Shown: positions 16,045 through 25,362 of the stretch, one piece after another | Numbering within the stretch: the stretch's first letter is position 1 | How the letters are laid out: each line of letters starts with the position of its first letter | Assembly (NCBI GenBank): GCA_903881515.1 | Contig: CAIRTN010000008.1 | Location: 1-63,398 of the forward strand | Direction: 5' to 3' | Source: an uncultured Rhodospirillales bacterium | GTDB taxonomy: Bacteria > Pseudomonadota > Alphaproteobacteria > Acetobacterales > Acetobacteraceae | Length of the DNA stretch: 63,398 nt | Notes under the pieces: generated by a model | What the model saw: the letters and a program-made list of their open reading frames with translations, nothing else | What the model was told of the DNA's origin: nothing | Database searches by the model: none | Translations under genes and position numbers: made by a program

Positions 16045-18990
16045 ATGCGCCAAGATCCTGCCTTCCGCCTGCCCGCAACCTGGCCCGCGCCGGCCGATCC
16101 CGATGGGGCCGAGCGCCTGCTGGAGCGCTTCACGGCGCTCGGACGCAGCGAGGCGGCGCTGGTACGGCGCGGCGAGGTGGAGGCGATGCTGCGCTGCCTG
16201 GGCGGCAATGCGCCGTATCTGGCCGATCTGGCGCTGCGCGAGGCCGATGCGCTGCAGATGCTGGTGCGGCACGGGCCGGACCATGTGGTGCAGGCGGCGA
16301 TGGCGGCACTCGGTAAGCTGCGGCCGACGCAGGCGCGGATGGCGCTGGCCGCCGAGGTCAGGCGGGCGAAGCGGATCGTGGCGCTGACGATCGCGGTGGC
16401 CGATATCGGCGGGCTGTGGACGCTGGATCAGGTCACCGAGGCGCTGACCGCGCTGGCCGAGGCGACCCTCGGCGCGGTTGTCGGCCATCTGCTGCGCGCT
16501 GGGCACGATGCGGGCGAACTGCGCCTGCCCGATCCGGCGCATCCCGGCGCGGGATCGGGGTTCACCGTGCTTGGCATGGGCAAGCTCGGCGCGCGCGAAT
16601 TGAACTACTCCAGCGATATCGACCTCATCCTGCTGCACGACCCAGACTCGGGTGTGTATCATGGCGACGCGCCGCGCGCGTTCTATACCCGCCTTGCGCG
16701 CGATCTCGTGACATTGATGGAAGCCCGCGACGCGGACGGGTATGTATTTCGCACCGATTTGCGGCTGCGCCCAGACCCCGCGGCGACGCCCCCCTGTATC
16801 AGCATCCCGGCGGCGATCGCGTATTACGAGAGCATGGGGCAGAACTGGGAGCGGGCGGCGATGCTGAAGGCGCGCCCGGTGGCCGGCGATTTCGCCCTGG
16901 GCGAGCGTTTTCTGGAGGCGATCCGCCCGTTCGTCTGGCGGCGGCACCTGGATTTCGCGGCGATCGCCGATATCCACGCGATGAAACGGCGGATCGATGC
17001 GCATAAGGGCACCGAGCTGGGCCGCGGTGCGATGCTGGCGCGCATTGCCGGGCACGACGTGAAGCTCGGCGAGGGCGGCATCCGCGAGATCGAGTTTCTG
17101 GCGCAGACGCTGCAACTGGTCTGGGGCGGGCGCGACCCTGGGTTGCGCACCCGGCGCACGCTGGAGGCGCTGCGCCTGCTGGTGAAGGCGGGGCATCTGA
17201 AACGGGCGACCGCCACGGCGCTGGCGCAGTCCTACCGGTTCCTGCGCCAGGTCGAGCATCGGCTGCAGATGGTCAACGACCGGCAGACGCACCAGCTGCC
17301 GGACAAGCCCGAGGCGCTGGCGCCCTTTGCGACCTTCATGGGCGACTCGGCGGAGGGTTTTGCCCGCACGCTGCTGGTGCACCTGTCGCGGGTGCGGACG
17401 GCGTTCAGCGCGGCGTTCGAGACGCTGGACAGCGAGCCCGACGTGCCGCACCTGGATTTTACCGGCACCGATGTGCGGGCCGACACGCTGGCGCAGTTGA
17501 GTGCTATGGGCTTCGGTACGCCGATCGCCGTGGTGGCGGCGGTGCGGGCCTGGCGGGCGGGGCGGGTGCGGGCGCTGCGCTCGCAGCGGGCGCAGGAACT
17601 GATGACCGAGGTGCTGCCCGGCCTGCTCGCGGCGCTGTCGCGTCAGCCGCAGCCGGATGCGGCGTTCGCCCGGTTCGACAATTTCCTGACCCAACTGGCG
17701 GCCGGGGTGCAACTGCTGTCGCTGTTCCAGCGCAATCCACGGCTGCTGGACCGGATTTCGGCGGTGCTGGGCGCGGCGCCATCGCTGGCCGATCATCTGG
17801 CGCGAACGCCCTCGGCGCTGGAGGGGCTGCTGGCGCCGGAGACCGAGCCCGACCATGCCGCCCTGCTGCGCGTGCGGCTGAAGGATGCGCGGCTGCTGGA
17901 GGACGCCATCGCCATCATCCGCGCCACCGTGCGCGAGGAGGATTTCGCCATCGCGGTGGCGACGATGGAGGGACGGATCGATGCCGATGCCGCGGGTGGG
18001 GCGCGGGCCGACCTGGCCGCCGCGGCGTTGTCGGCCCTGCTGGACCCGGTGCTGGACGATTTTGCCCGCCGCTTCGGCAAGGTGCGGGGCGGCAGCATGG
18101 TGCTGGTGCTGATGGGCAAGGCCGGCGGGCGGGAGATGATGGTCGGCTCCGATCTCGACATGATGATGATCTACGACCATCCGGACAGCGTCACCGAAAG
18201 CACCGCGAAGGCGCCGGCCCGCGCCCTGGCGGCCAGCCAGTATTACATCCGCGCCGTGCACGCTTTCGTCGCCGCGGTAACCGCGCCCGATGCGGAAGGG
18301 CCGATGTTCGCGGTGGATATGCGGCTGCGGCCGTCGGGCAACAAGGGGCCGGTAGCGGTCTCGCTGAAGGCCTTCGAGCGCTATCACGCCGAGGAGACGC
18401 ACGGGTTGGGCGCCTGGACCTGGGAGCGGATGGCGCTGACCCGGGCGCGGGTTATCGCGGGGCCGGCGAAGCTGCGCGCGCGGGTGGAGCAGGCGATCGC
18501 GACCGCTTTGCGCAATGCCGGCCCGCCCGCGGTGATCCGCGCCGATGCCAGCGCGATGCGCGCGCGCCTGCTGCGCGATATGCCGCCGGGCGGGATATGG
18601 GATGTGAAGCTGCGGTCGGGCGGGCAGATCGATGTGGAGTTCATCGCCCAGGTATTGCAACTCGCGGCGCATCGACCGGAGGTGTTTCACCCGACGACGC
18701 GGCTGGCGCTGACCCGGCTGGCCGAAGCGGGCAGCCTGACGCCGGCGGATGCGGCGGCGTTGATCCGGGCGGATCGGATCTGGCGCACGGTGCAGGGGAT
18801 GCTGCGGATCACCTATGGCCGCGCGCCGGCAGAGAAGCTGTCGGACGCCTCGGCGGCGGCATTGCTGCGCGCAGCGAAGGCCGCCGGTGTCGAGGCGGGT
18901 GACGTGGACGCATTGCGGGCCAAGTTGGAGGGGTTGGCGCGCGAGGTGCGCGCGCTGTTCAACCGCCATGTCGGGGAGATCATTTCATGA
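16045..18990 (+). CDS. glnE: bifunctional [glutamine synthetase] adenylyltransferase/adenylyl-removing enzyme
   Basis: Two nucleotidyltransferase modules (GMGKLGARELNYSSDIDLIL and LMGKAGGREMMVGSDLDMMMIY). Start set at the internal ATG 16045. Confidence 0.9.
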   Translation: MRQDPAFRLPATWPAPADPDGAERLLERFTALGRSEAALVRRGEVEAMLRCLGGNAPYLADLALREADALQMLVRHGPDHVVQAAMAALGKLRPTQARMALAAEVRRAKRIVALTIAVADIGGLWTLDQVTEALTALAEATLGAVVGHLLRAGHDAGELRLPDPAHPGAGSGFTVLGMGKLGARELNYSSDIDLILLHDPDSGVYHGDAPRAFYTRLARDLVTLMEARDADGYVFRTDLRLRPDPAATPPCISIPAAIAYYESMGQNWERAAMLKARPVAGDFALGERFLEAIRPFVWRRHLDFAAIADIHAMKRRIDAHKGTELGRGAMLARIAGHDVKLGEGGIREIEFLAQTLQLVWGGRDPGLRTRRTLEALRLLVKAGHLKRATATALAQSYRFLRQVEHRLQMVNDRQTHQLPDKPEALAPFATFMGDSAEGFARTLLVHLSRVRTAFSAAFETLDSEPDVPHLDFTGTDVRADTLAQLSAMGFGTPIAVVAAVRAWRAGRVRALRSQRAQELMTEVLPGLLAALSRQPQPDAAFARFDNFLTQLAAGVQLLSLFQRNPRLLDRISAVLGAAPSLADHLARTPSALEGLLAPETEPDHAALLRVRLKDARLLEDAIAIIRATVREEDFAIAVATMEGRIDADAAGGARADLAAAALSALLDPVLDDFARRFGKVRGGSMVLVLMGKAGGREMMVGSDLDMMMIYDHPDSVTESTAKAPARALAASQYYIRAVHAFVAAVTAPDAEGPMFAVDMRLRPSGNKGPVAVSLKAFERYHAEETHGLGAWTWERMALTRARVIAGPAKLRARVEQAIATALRNAGPPAVIRADASAMRARLLRDMPPGGIWDVKLRSGGQIDVEFIAQVLQLAAHRPEVFHPTTRLALTRLAEAGSLTPADAAALIRADRIWRTVQGMLRITYGRAPAEKLSDASAAALLRAAKAAGVEAGDVDALRAKLEGLAREVRALFNRHVGEIIS

Positions 18991-19454
18991 GCATTGCAGA
19001 GGGCGACAAGGCCCCCGGCTTCAGCCTGCCGGCCAGTGGCGGGCGCACGGTCAGCTTGGCGGCGATGCAGGGTCGGCCATTCGTGCTGTATTTCTACCCG
19101 AAGGCCGATACCTCGGGCTGCACCAAGGAGGCCTGCGCCTTTCAGGAAGCGCTGCCGCAGTTCGGCGCGCTGGGCCTCGAGGTGATCGGCGTGTCGCCCG
19201 ATCCGATCAAGCCGATCGAAAAATTTGCCGCCAAATACAATCTGAGTTTCCCGCTGGCCTCCGACGAGAGCAGGGCGGCGGCGGAGGCCTATGGCGTGTG
19301 GGTCGAGAAATCGATGTACGGGCGCAAATACATGGGGATCGAGCGCTCGACCTTCCTGGTCGATGGTAAGGGCGTGGTGGCGAAGGCCTGGCACAAGGTG
19401 AAGGTCGAAGGCCATGCGGCCGAGGTGAAAGCGGCAGCCGCGGGCCTCAAATAG
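18987..19454 (+). CDS. bcp: thioredoxin-dependent thiol peroxidase (peroxiredoxin Bcp)
   Basis: YFYPKADTSGCTKEA peroxidatic Cys motif. ATGA overlap with the glnE stop. Confidence 0.9.
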   Translation: MSIAEGDKAPGFSLPASGGRTVSLAAMQGRPFVLYFYPKADTSGCTKEACAFQEALPQFGALGLEVIGVSPDPIKPIEKFAAKYNLSFPLASDESRAAAEAYGVWVEKSMYGRKYMGIERSTFLVDGKGVVAKAWHKVKVEGHAAEVKAAAAGLK

Positions 19455-20295
19455 CGCGCGCCAGCCGGGGGCGCCGCAGGCGGCGGAGCAGGGCAAGACC
19501 TAGCACCGCCAGCCCGGCCAGCAGTACATAGGCGGCGGGGCGGGGATCGGGGCCGAGATTTGCCGCCAGCACGCGCAGAGCCGGGATCTTGGTCGCTGTG
19601 CCATACCACAGCGTTTCGGCCGCCGCGGTCAGCAGCGCGGCACCGATGGCGAGGGCGGGCAGGGCGGCCAGCCGCGGCTGCCAGCGGCGCGGCAACGCCC
19701 GCCAGAGCAGCAGCCAGAACAGGAAGCCGCTGTAGATCACGGCATCGCCGACATTGACCTTCGATTGCATGTAAAAATGCAGCATCGTCAGCACGCTGAT
19801 GGGAAACACCAGCCGGTGCAGCTTCTTCCAGCGCGTCCGCAGCCGGCGCTGCCAGCCGTCGGTCGAGGTGATCGCCAGCACGGCAAAGCCGAGCAACGCG
19901 ATGAAGCCGATCAGCAGATAGACCCGCAATACGATCTCGCTGGCGACGACAATCAGGTTCCATTTCTGGTCGTAAATGTAGAGGCCGAGATGCAGGACAG
20001 CATAGCAGGCGGCGGTCACCCCAAGCAGGCGGCGCAGGATGATAACCCGCGGCCAGTTAAGCACCGCGCGCGCTGGGGTGACCGCCAGCGAGAGCAGCAG
20101 GAAGCGGATGATCCAGTCGCCGCTGATATGGGTCGCCTCGGTGATCGGCCGGCCGCCGAGGGCGTGAAACCAAGCGCCCAGGGCCAGTTCCACGGCCGGA
20201 AACAGGGCAAGCAGAACCACTGCGGTCTTGAGCCAGGAGAACCGGCCGGCGGGGTCGCGCCAGGGGGTGAGGAAGGCGATCAGGGCTTGGGGCAT
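19447..20295 (-). CDS. ferric-reductase-like transmembrane protein (MsrQ/YedZ family) with extended C-terminus
   Basis: Polytopic, with conserved His-bearing helices (THISGDW, YAVLHLGLY, LHRLVF, MLHFY). Start set at ATG 20295 (MPQALIAF). No msrP partner is adjacent. Confidence 0.65.
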   Translation of the reverse strand: MPQALIAFLTPWRDPAGRFSWLKTAVVLLALFPAVELALGAWFHALGGRPITEATHISGDWIIRFLLLSLAVTPARAVLNWPRVIILRRLLGVTAACYAVLHLGLYIYDQKWNLIVVASEIVLRVYLLIGFIALLGFAVLAITSTDGWQRRLRTRWKKLHRLVFPISVLTMLHFYMQSKVNVGDAVIYSGFLFWLLLWRALPRRWQPRLAALPALAIGAALLTAAAETLWYGTATKIPALRVLAANLGPDPRPAAYVLLAGLAVLGLALLRRLRRPRLARAI

Positions 20296-20355
20296 GCGGG
20301 ACTCAACTATTGCTGATGAGGAGACTCGCAAGGCCCCGAAACGTGACGTGCGATC

Positions 20356-21042
20356 TCAACGGCTGGGCGGCATGGTCACACCCGGCGGCAATTGCATGCC
20401 GGGCGGCAGCTTGACGCCTGGTGGCAGGGTGAAGCTCTGTCCGCCGGACGGCATGCCGGGGCGGGGTTGCCCCATGCCGCCCATGCCGGCGGGCATGTCC
20501 ATCTTCTGGAACCCGGCAGGCGGGGCGAATTTCGCCGCCGGCTGGGGCGCATAGGTGACCTTCGTCGCTTCCACGCCGCTGCCGTTCTTATCGAGCGCGC
20601 GCAGCATGACGCCGTCGGCGGTGATGCAGGCGGTGCCGGTGCCGTTCTTGCTGGTGAACTCCCACACCGTGCATTTGACGCCGGCGATGGTGTCGCTGCC
20701 GGTGCGGCGGAAGCTTGCCTGCTCGTCCGGCATCGCCATCGATTGCGCGCCGGGACGGTTGCCGGAAACCTCCATGTAGGTGCGCTGTTCGGTCATCACC
20801 ACGGTGGTGATCTGGGTGCTGCGGTCGACGATGGCGTAACCGGGCATGGCGCCGCCTTCGACGCGCATTTTCGGGATCGTGGCGGATTGGCTCATGGTGA
20901 TGTTGTGCCCGGCGTCCTTGCCAAGCGAGCGATAGTTGACCTCGACATCGGCGCTGGGCTGCAGCTTAGGGCGATCCTGCGCCTGGGCGGGAAGGATGAG
21001 GGCGGCGGCTACAGCCGCGGCGGTCAATGTGGTGCGGAGCAT
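20356..21042 (-). CDS. secreted hypothetical protein with Pro/Gly/Met-rich C-terminal repeats
   Basis: Signal peptide MLRTTLTAAAVAAALILPAQAQ. C-terminus PAGMGGMGQPRPGMPSGG...PPGVKLPPGMQLPPGVTMPP. Confidence 0.6.
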   Translation of the reverse strand: MLRTTLTAAAVAAALILPAQAQDRPKLQPSADVEVNYRSLGKDAGHNITMSQSATIPKMRVEGGAMPGYAIVDRSTQITTVVMTEQRTYMEVSGNRPGAQSMAMPDEQASFRRTGSDTIAGVKCTVWEFTSKNGTGTACITADGVMLRALDKNGSGVEATKVTYAPQPAAKFAPPAGFQKMDMPAGMGGMGQPRPGMPSGGQSFTLPPGVKLPPGMQLPPGVTMPPSR

Positions 21043-21060
21043 GGCGGGAGTCTCCTTGTT

Positions 21061-21723
21061 TCAGTCACCTCGGGCGAGAGCGCGCAGTTCGGCGGTCAGC
21101 GCCGCGGCGTCAGGGTTGGGCAGCCAGGTGGCCGGACGATCGACAGCCTCGGCCAGGAGCTGTTTGTAGCGCAGGCGGGGGATCTCCTGCGCACCGAATT
21201 GTGCGAGATGGGCGGTCACAAATTGGGTATCGAGCAGGGTGAAGCCGCCCAGGCGCAGGCGGGCCACCAGATGCGCCAGCGCGACCTTTGAGGCGTCGCG
21301 CGCCCGGCTGAACATGCTCTCGCCATAGAACACTGAACCGAGCGCCACGCCGTAGAGGCCGCCGACAAGCTGGCCGTCCTGCCGCGTTTCCACCGAATGC
21401 GCGTAGCCGGCGCCGGCCAGCGCGGTGAACAGGGTTTCGATCTCGTCGTTGATCCAGGTTTCGTCGCGGCCGGGGCGGTGTTCGGCACAGCCGGCGATGG
21501 TAGCCGGGAAGTCGGTATCGACGGCGACCTGATAGGGCCCGGACAGGATCGTGCGCAGCAGGCGGCGCGGCACGTGAAATGTATCCAGCGGTAGAATGCC
21601 GCGCTGCTCCGGATCCAGCCAGAACAGACGGTCGCTGTCGCGGGTCTCGGCCATCGGGAACAGGCCGATGCTGTAGGCACGTAGCATCAGCTCGGGCGTG
21701 ATCTGGAAATTGCGGCGCGACAT
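21061..21723 (-). CDS. aat: leucyl/phenylalanyl-tRNA--protein transferase
   Basis: [19 protein letters not shown]...[21 protein letters not shown]...[18 protein letters not shown]. Confidence 0.9.
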   Translation of the reverse strand: MSRRNFQITPELMLRAYSIGLFPMAETRDSDRLFWLDPEQRGILPLDTFHVPRRLLRTILSGPYQVAVDTDFPATIAGCAEHRPGRDETWINDEIETLFTALAGAGYAHSVETRQDGQLVGGLYGVALGSVFYGESMFSRARDASKVALAHLVARLRLGGFTLLDTQFVTAHLAQFGAQEIPRLRYKQLLAEAVDRPATWLPNPDAAALTAELRALARGD

Positions 21724-21778
21724 AACGTGAGTTTGGCCGATTTTTGGCCGCGTCGCGATAGTCCGCGCCGCGGTGACG

Positions 21779-22438
21779 CTATTTGCCGACCGAGGTGATG
21801 GCGCTGAACGGCACGCCGAGCGCGCCGAGTTGCAGGGTGTTGGTGCCGTTGCTCTGGGTGACCCCGGTGGCGAGGCCGGTCACCGTGAAGGGCAGGGCGG
21901 CGCCGGTGCCGGTCGATGAGGTGTCGGTGACGGTAACGCCGTAAGCGCCATCGGGGCTGGTGCCGCCGTTGGTCCGACTGCCGTCCCAGGTCCAGCTGTT
22001 CTGGCCCTTGGCGGCGGTGAGGTTGGCGGTGTCGATCACCTTGCCGTTGGCGTCGGAGATGGTGACTGTCACCGGGCCGGCCGCGGCGGCGGTGTAGGAC
22101 AGGCCGGCCTGGCCGTTCTGCAGGCTGAGCTGGCTGGACTGCACGCTGACCTGGTGGCCGACGATGGCGGAGGATTGCAGCATCGCGCTGGACTGGCTGA
22201 GTTGGATCAGTTGGCCGAGATTGCTGTTGGTGGCGATCTGCTGCTCGACCGAGGAATACTGCACCAGCTGGCTGGTGAACTGGTTGGTGTCGAGGGGGCT
22301 GGTCGGGTCCTGGTTCTGCAACTGGGTCATCAGCAGCTTGAGGAAGGTTTGATAGTTGCTGCCAAGCGTGGTCTGCGCGGTTCCGGCGGCGGTGGTTGCG
22401 GTGTTGGCGGCCGGGGCGGCGGCGGCAATGGCGGTCAT
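21779..22438 (-). CDS. flgD: flagellar hook capping/assembly protein
   Basis: [36 protein letters not shown] signature. Confidence 0.9.
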   Translation of the reverse strand: MTAIAAAAPAANTATTAAGTAQTTLGSNYQTFLKLLMTQLQNQDPTSPLDTNQFTSQLVQYSSVEQQIATNSNLGQLIQLSQSSAMLQSSAIVGHQVSVQSSQLSLQNGQAGLSYTAAAAGPVTVTISDANGKVIDTANLTAAKGQNSWTWDGSRTNGGTSPDGAYGVTVTDTSSTGTGAALPFTVTGLATGVTQSNGTNTLQLGALGVPFSAITSVGK

Positions 22439-22452
22439 TGGGGCGCTCCTGT

Positions 22453-23757
22453 TCAGGCGGTGATGTCGATGCCGTCGGCGAGGACGGCACGGATGGATGC
22501 GGGCGGGGCGGATGCGGCGCCGGGGCGTGGCGGCGGGGCCCAGCCGGGCTGAGTCGGGCGCTCGTCGCGCGCCGAGGTGCCGGAGCCGGTGAAGCTGCCG
22601 GTGCTGGTGAAACCATGGCTTTGGCTGCCGGCGAGGCCGGGGTCGGGTCTGGCAACCGGGTCGGGGGTGGCGACGTGATAGGTGATGTCGCGCGGCATCG
22701 GGGTGAGGCCGGCCTGGGTCAGGGCGTGGCGCAGCCCGTCCTGATCGCGCAGCAGCAGCAATAGGGTTTCCGGCCGTTCGGCGGTGATGGCGACATGCGG
22801 GTCGCTGCCGGTGGGCCGCTCGATGCGGATGCTGACGGTGCCGAGGTTTGCGGGATCGAGGCGGATGGTCAGCGCGGTGCCGTCGCTGCCGCGTTGCACC
22901 GCGACGGTGACGGCTTGCGCGACTTGGGCGGCAGGCGGATTGGCGGGGCTGGTTGCGGCCGGTTGCGTTGGTGCGGCGGCGATTTCAATGCTGTGACGGG
23001 TCGCCGCGGCGACCGGCGGCAGGGCCACGATCTCGGGCGCCGTGGGCCGCGTGGCGACGGGCGGAGCCGTCGGTGCCGCGGGGGCTTCGTGTGCCGGACG
23101 ATCAGGGCGGGCTTCGCTGACGGTGGCAGGCGCGGCCTGGGATGCGGCAATTTCGGAATGGCGTGGCGGAGCGGGCGCCATGCCCTGTTCCGGTGCCAAT
23201 GTTTGCTGGGCGGGTGGCTGTACTGCCGGGCCGGGAAGTGCCGTCACGACGCCGGCCGCGTCGTCAACCACGGGCGGCGCGGCGGCGGGTGATGCGGGCT
23301 GACTGGGCGGTGTCACGCATGGGACGGCATTGTTCAAGGCGGCGCTGTCGGGCGATGCGGTGCCAGGCAGCGGATTGGCAGGGGCGGCGGCGACATGGCG
23401 CGCCGGCTGGCTGCGTGCCGGTCGAGTTGCCTGCTGCGGCTGTGCCGGAAACGGCGCGTCGGCCGATGGCGGCGGTGCGGTAATGCCGATGGGCTCCTGG
23501 CGCACGGCCTCCCGCGCCGCTGGGGCGGGAGGCTCCGACGACGCGGCGGCGGGTTGAGGTTGCGCGAGCGTGGCCGGGGGCGAGCCCGTGGCGAGCTGCT
23601 GCGGCGGGGCGGTCGCGATGGCGGCAGGCAGACCAGCCGGCGACGTAACGCCCGGGAGCAGAGCGGCGGCGATGATGGCGCTGAAGCCACTCTCGGGCAG
23701 CGCGCTTGCATTTGGCGTCGGCATCGTCGGCATGGGCAGGGCGGCTGGCACGTCCAT
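22453..23757 (-). CDS. fliK: flagellar hook-length control protein
   Basis: Pro/Ala-rich body and a FliK C-terminal domain ([19 protein letters not shown]...[19 protein letters not shown]). The ORF track starts at TTG 23814. I prefer ATG 23757 (MDVPAAL) with GGAG upstream. Confidence 0.8.
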   Translation of the reverse strand: MDVPAALPMPTMPTPNASALPESGFSAIIAAALLPGVTSPAGLPAAIATAPPQQLATGSPPATLAQPQPAAASSEPPAPAAREAVRQEPIGITAPPPSADAPFPAQPQQATRPARSQPARHVAAAPANPLPGTASPDSAALNNAVPCVTPPSQPASPAAAPPVVDDAAGVVTALPGPAVQPPAQQTLAPEQGMAPAPPRHSEIAASQAAPATVSEARPDRPAHEAPAAPTAPPVATRPTAPEIVALPPVAAATRHSIEIAAAPTQPAATSPANPPAAQVAQAVTVAVQRGSDGTALTIRLDPANLGTVSIRIERPTGSDPHVAITAERPETLLLLLRDQDGLRHALTQAGLTPMPRDITYHVATPDPVARPDPGLAGSQSHGFTSTGSFTGSGTSARDERPTQPGWAPPPRPGAASAPPASIRAVLADGIDITA

Positions 23758-23809
23758 CGCGTCGGGTTCTCCACCCCGCCGCAACAACGCGGACGGTCCG
23801 GCAGCACGC

Positions 23810-23825
23810 TGCAAGCGGCGGGCCA
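23810..23825 (-). promoter_or_regulatory. candidate sigma54 promoter for fliK-flgD
   Basis: The minus strand reads TGGCCC-GCCGC-TTGCA (consensus TGGCAC-N5-TTGCA, 1 mismatch), about 55 nt upstream of ATG 23757. Confidence 0.5.
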
Positions 23826-23966
23826 GCGGTTTTCGCCCGCTGCGGCCGCGATTTCGTGCCTTACCCGGCAGGATCTGCCGAGACGAATCTGCCGTGACGG
23901 CGGAGAATTCCGGGTGTCAGGGCACCGATTGTGCGTGGAATCAGCCGTTTAGCCGCCAGCGACCGG

Positions 23967-23982
23967 TGGCACGGATCCTGCG
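23967..23982 (+). promoter_or_regulatory. candidate sigma54 promoter for flgE-flgK-flgL
   Basis: TGGCAC-GGATC-CTGCG (GG/GC spacing correct, 1 mismatch in the -12 element), about 50 nt upstream of the flgE ATG at 24032. Confidence 0.55.
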
Positions 23983-24031
23983 AAGGCGGCAGGCAGACAC
24001 CCAGCCCGGCCCACCAGCCACGGAGCCACCG

Positions 24032-25339
24032 ATGACTCTCTTTGCAGCGTTGAACACCGCGATCAGTGGCCTCTCGGCGCAGTCCGCCGCGTTCAGCAAT
24101 ATCAGCGACAATGTCGCGAACAGCCAGACCGTCGGCTTCAAGAGCACCGACACCGCGTTCATCGACTACCTCACCGGCAGCACCGCACAGTCGAACAGCC
24201 CGGGCGCGGTGGTCGCCACCCCGGCCTATCAGAACAATGTGCAGGGTACGCTGGCGCAGACCAATAATCCGCTGAACCTGGCCATCACCGGCCAGGGGTT
24301 CTTCGATGTCAGCAAGCCGTCCGGCATGGTCAACGGCGCGATCGCGTTCTCGCCGCAGTCGTTCTTCACTCGGGCGGGCGACTTCACCATGGACAAGAAC
24401 GGCTACCTGGTGAACAGCGGTGGCGGATACCTGAATGGCTGGGCGGTCAATTCGGCCACTGGCGTGGTAAACCGCACCACGCTGTCGCCGATCCAGGTGA
24501 CGCAGACGCAGTACAATCCGGTCGCTACCGCGAACGTCACGCTGCAGGCCAACCTGCCGGCGACACCGGCCGCCGGCACCCCGGTTTCGGCGCAGATCGA
24601 CGTCTATGACGCGCTGGGCACCTCGCACACGGTGACACTGGACTGGACGCAAAGCGCGCCCGGGGTCTGGAACGTCGCGGTCAATGTGCCCGATGACATC
24701 GCCGCGGCCAGCCGTGGCGGCGCGACGGTGTCGTTCGGCGCGGTCAGCGGCAATCCGGTGGCCGAAGGCACCGTCGGCGGCGTCAGCGGCGGCACTGGCA
24801 GCGTCATCTCCGGCAGCTATGCCGCCGGCAGCAGCGCGACCCTGACCTTCGCCACCGATTTCGGCGCCGGGACGCAGAACATCACACTGGATCTCGGCAC
24901 CTACGGGCTGTCGAATGGGGTGACACAATATGCCGGCACCGCGTTCAGCCTGCAGGGCATCAACCAGGATGGCGTACCACCCGGCAGTTTCAGCTCGCTG
25001 ACTACGACGCAGACCGGCGATGTCGTGGTGAACTACAACAACGGCCAGGCGCGCACGATCGCGCGGGTGCCTGTCACCACCTTCAACAATCCCGACGCAC
25101 TGCAACGCCAGGACGCGCAGACCTTCACCACAACAGTCGATTCCGGCACGCCCTCGGCGCATGACGCCGGCAGCAACGGCGCCGGCGGGCTGGTGGTGTC
25201 TTCGGTCGAGGATTCCAACGTCGATATCGCCACCCAGTTCAGCAAGCTGATCGTGGCGCAGCGGGCCTATTCGGCGAATTCGAAGATCGTCACCACCGCC
25301 GACGAGCTGTTGCAGCAGACGCTGGACATGAAGCGCTGA
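24032..25339 (+). CDS. flgE: flagellar hook protein
   Basis: Internal ATG of ORF 23570..25339. MTLFAALNTAISGLSAQSAAFSNISDNVANSQTVGFK N-terminal rod/hook motif. C-terminal SNVDIATQFSKLIVAQRAYSANSKIVTTADELLQQTLDM. Confidence 0.92.
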   Translation: MTLFAALNTAISGLSAQSAAFSNISDNVANSQTVGFKSTDTAFIDYLTGSTAQSNSPGAVVATPAYQNNVQGTLAQTNNPLNLAITGQGFFDVSKPSGMVNGAIAFSPQSFFTRAGDFTMDKNGYLVNSGGGYLNGWAVNSATGVVNRTTLSPIQVTQTQYNPVATANVTLQANLPATPAAGTPVSAQIDVYDALGTSHTVTLDWTQSAPGVWNVAVNVPDDIAAASRGGATVSFGAVSGNPVAEGTVGGVSGGTGSVISGSYAAGSSATLTFATDFGAGTQNITLDLGTYGLSNGVTQYAGTAFSLQGINQDGVPPGSFSSLTTTQTGDVVVNYNNGQARTIARVPVTTFNNPDALQRQDAQTFTTTVDSGTPSAHDAGSNGAGGLVVSSVEDSNVDIATQFSKLIVAQRAYSANSKIVTTADELLQQTLDMKR

Positions 25340-25362
25340 GCGGGGGGATCTAGGAGCGCGCC

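Noticed and set aside
16027-18969. 980-aa minus-strand ORF opposite glnE
   Set aside because: It is an antisense artefact of a long high-GC gene. It is extremely Arg/Pro/Gln-rich, and glnE on the plus strand has clear duplicated nucleotidyltransferase motifs.
21687-22655. 322-aa alternative-frame ORF over flgD/fliK
   Set aside because: It overlaps the clearly conserved flgD frame and has Pro/Arg/His-rich composition with no motifs.
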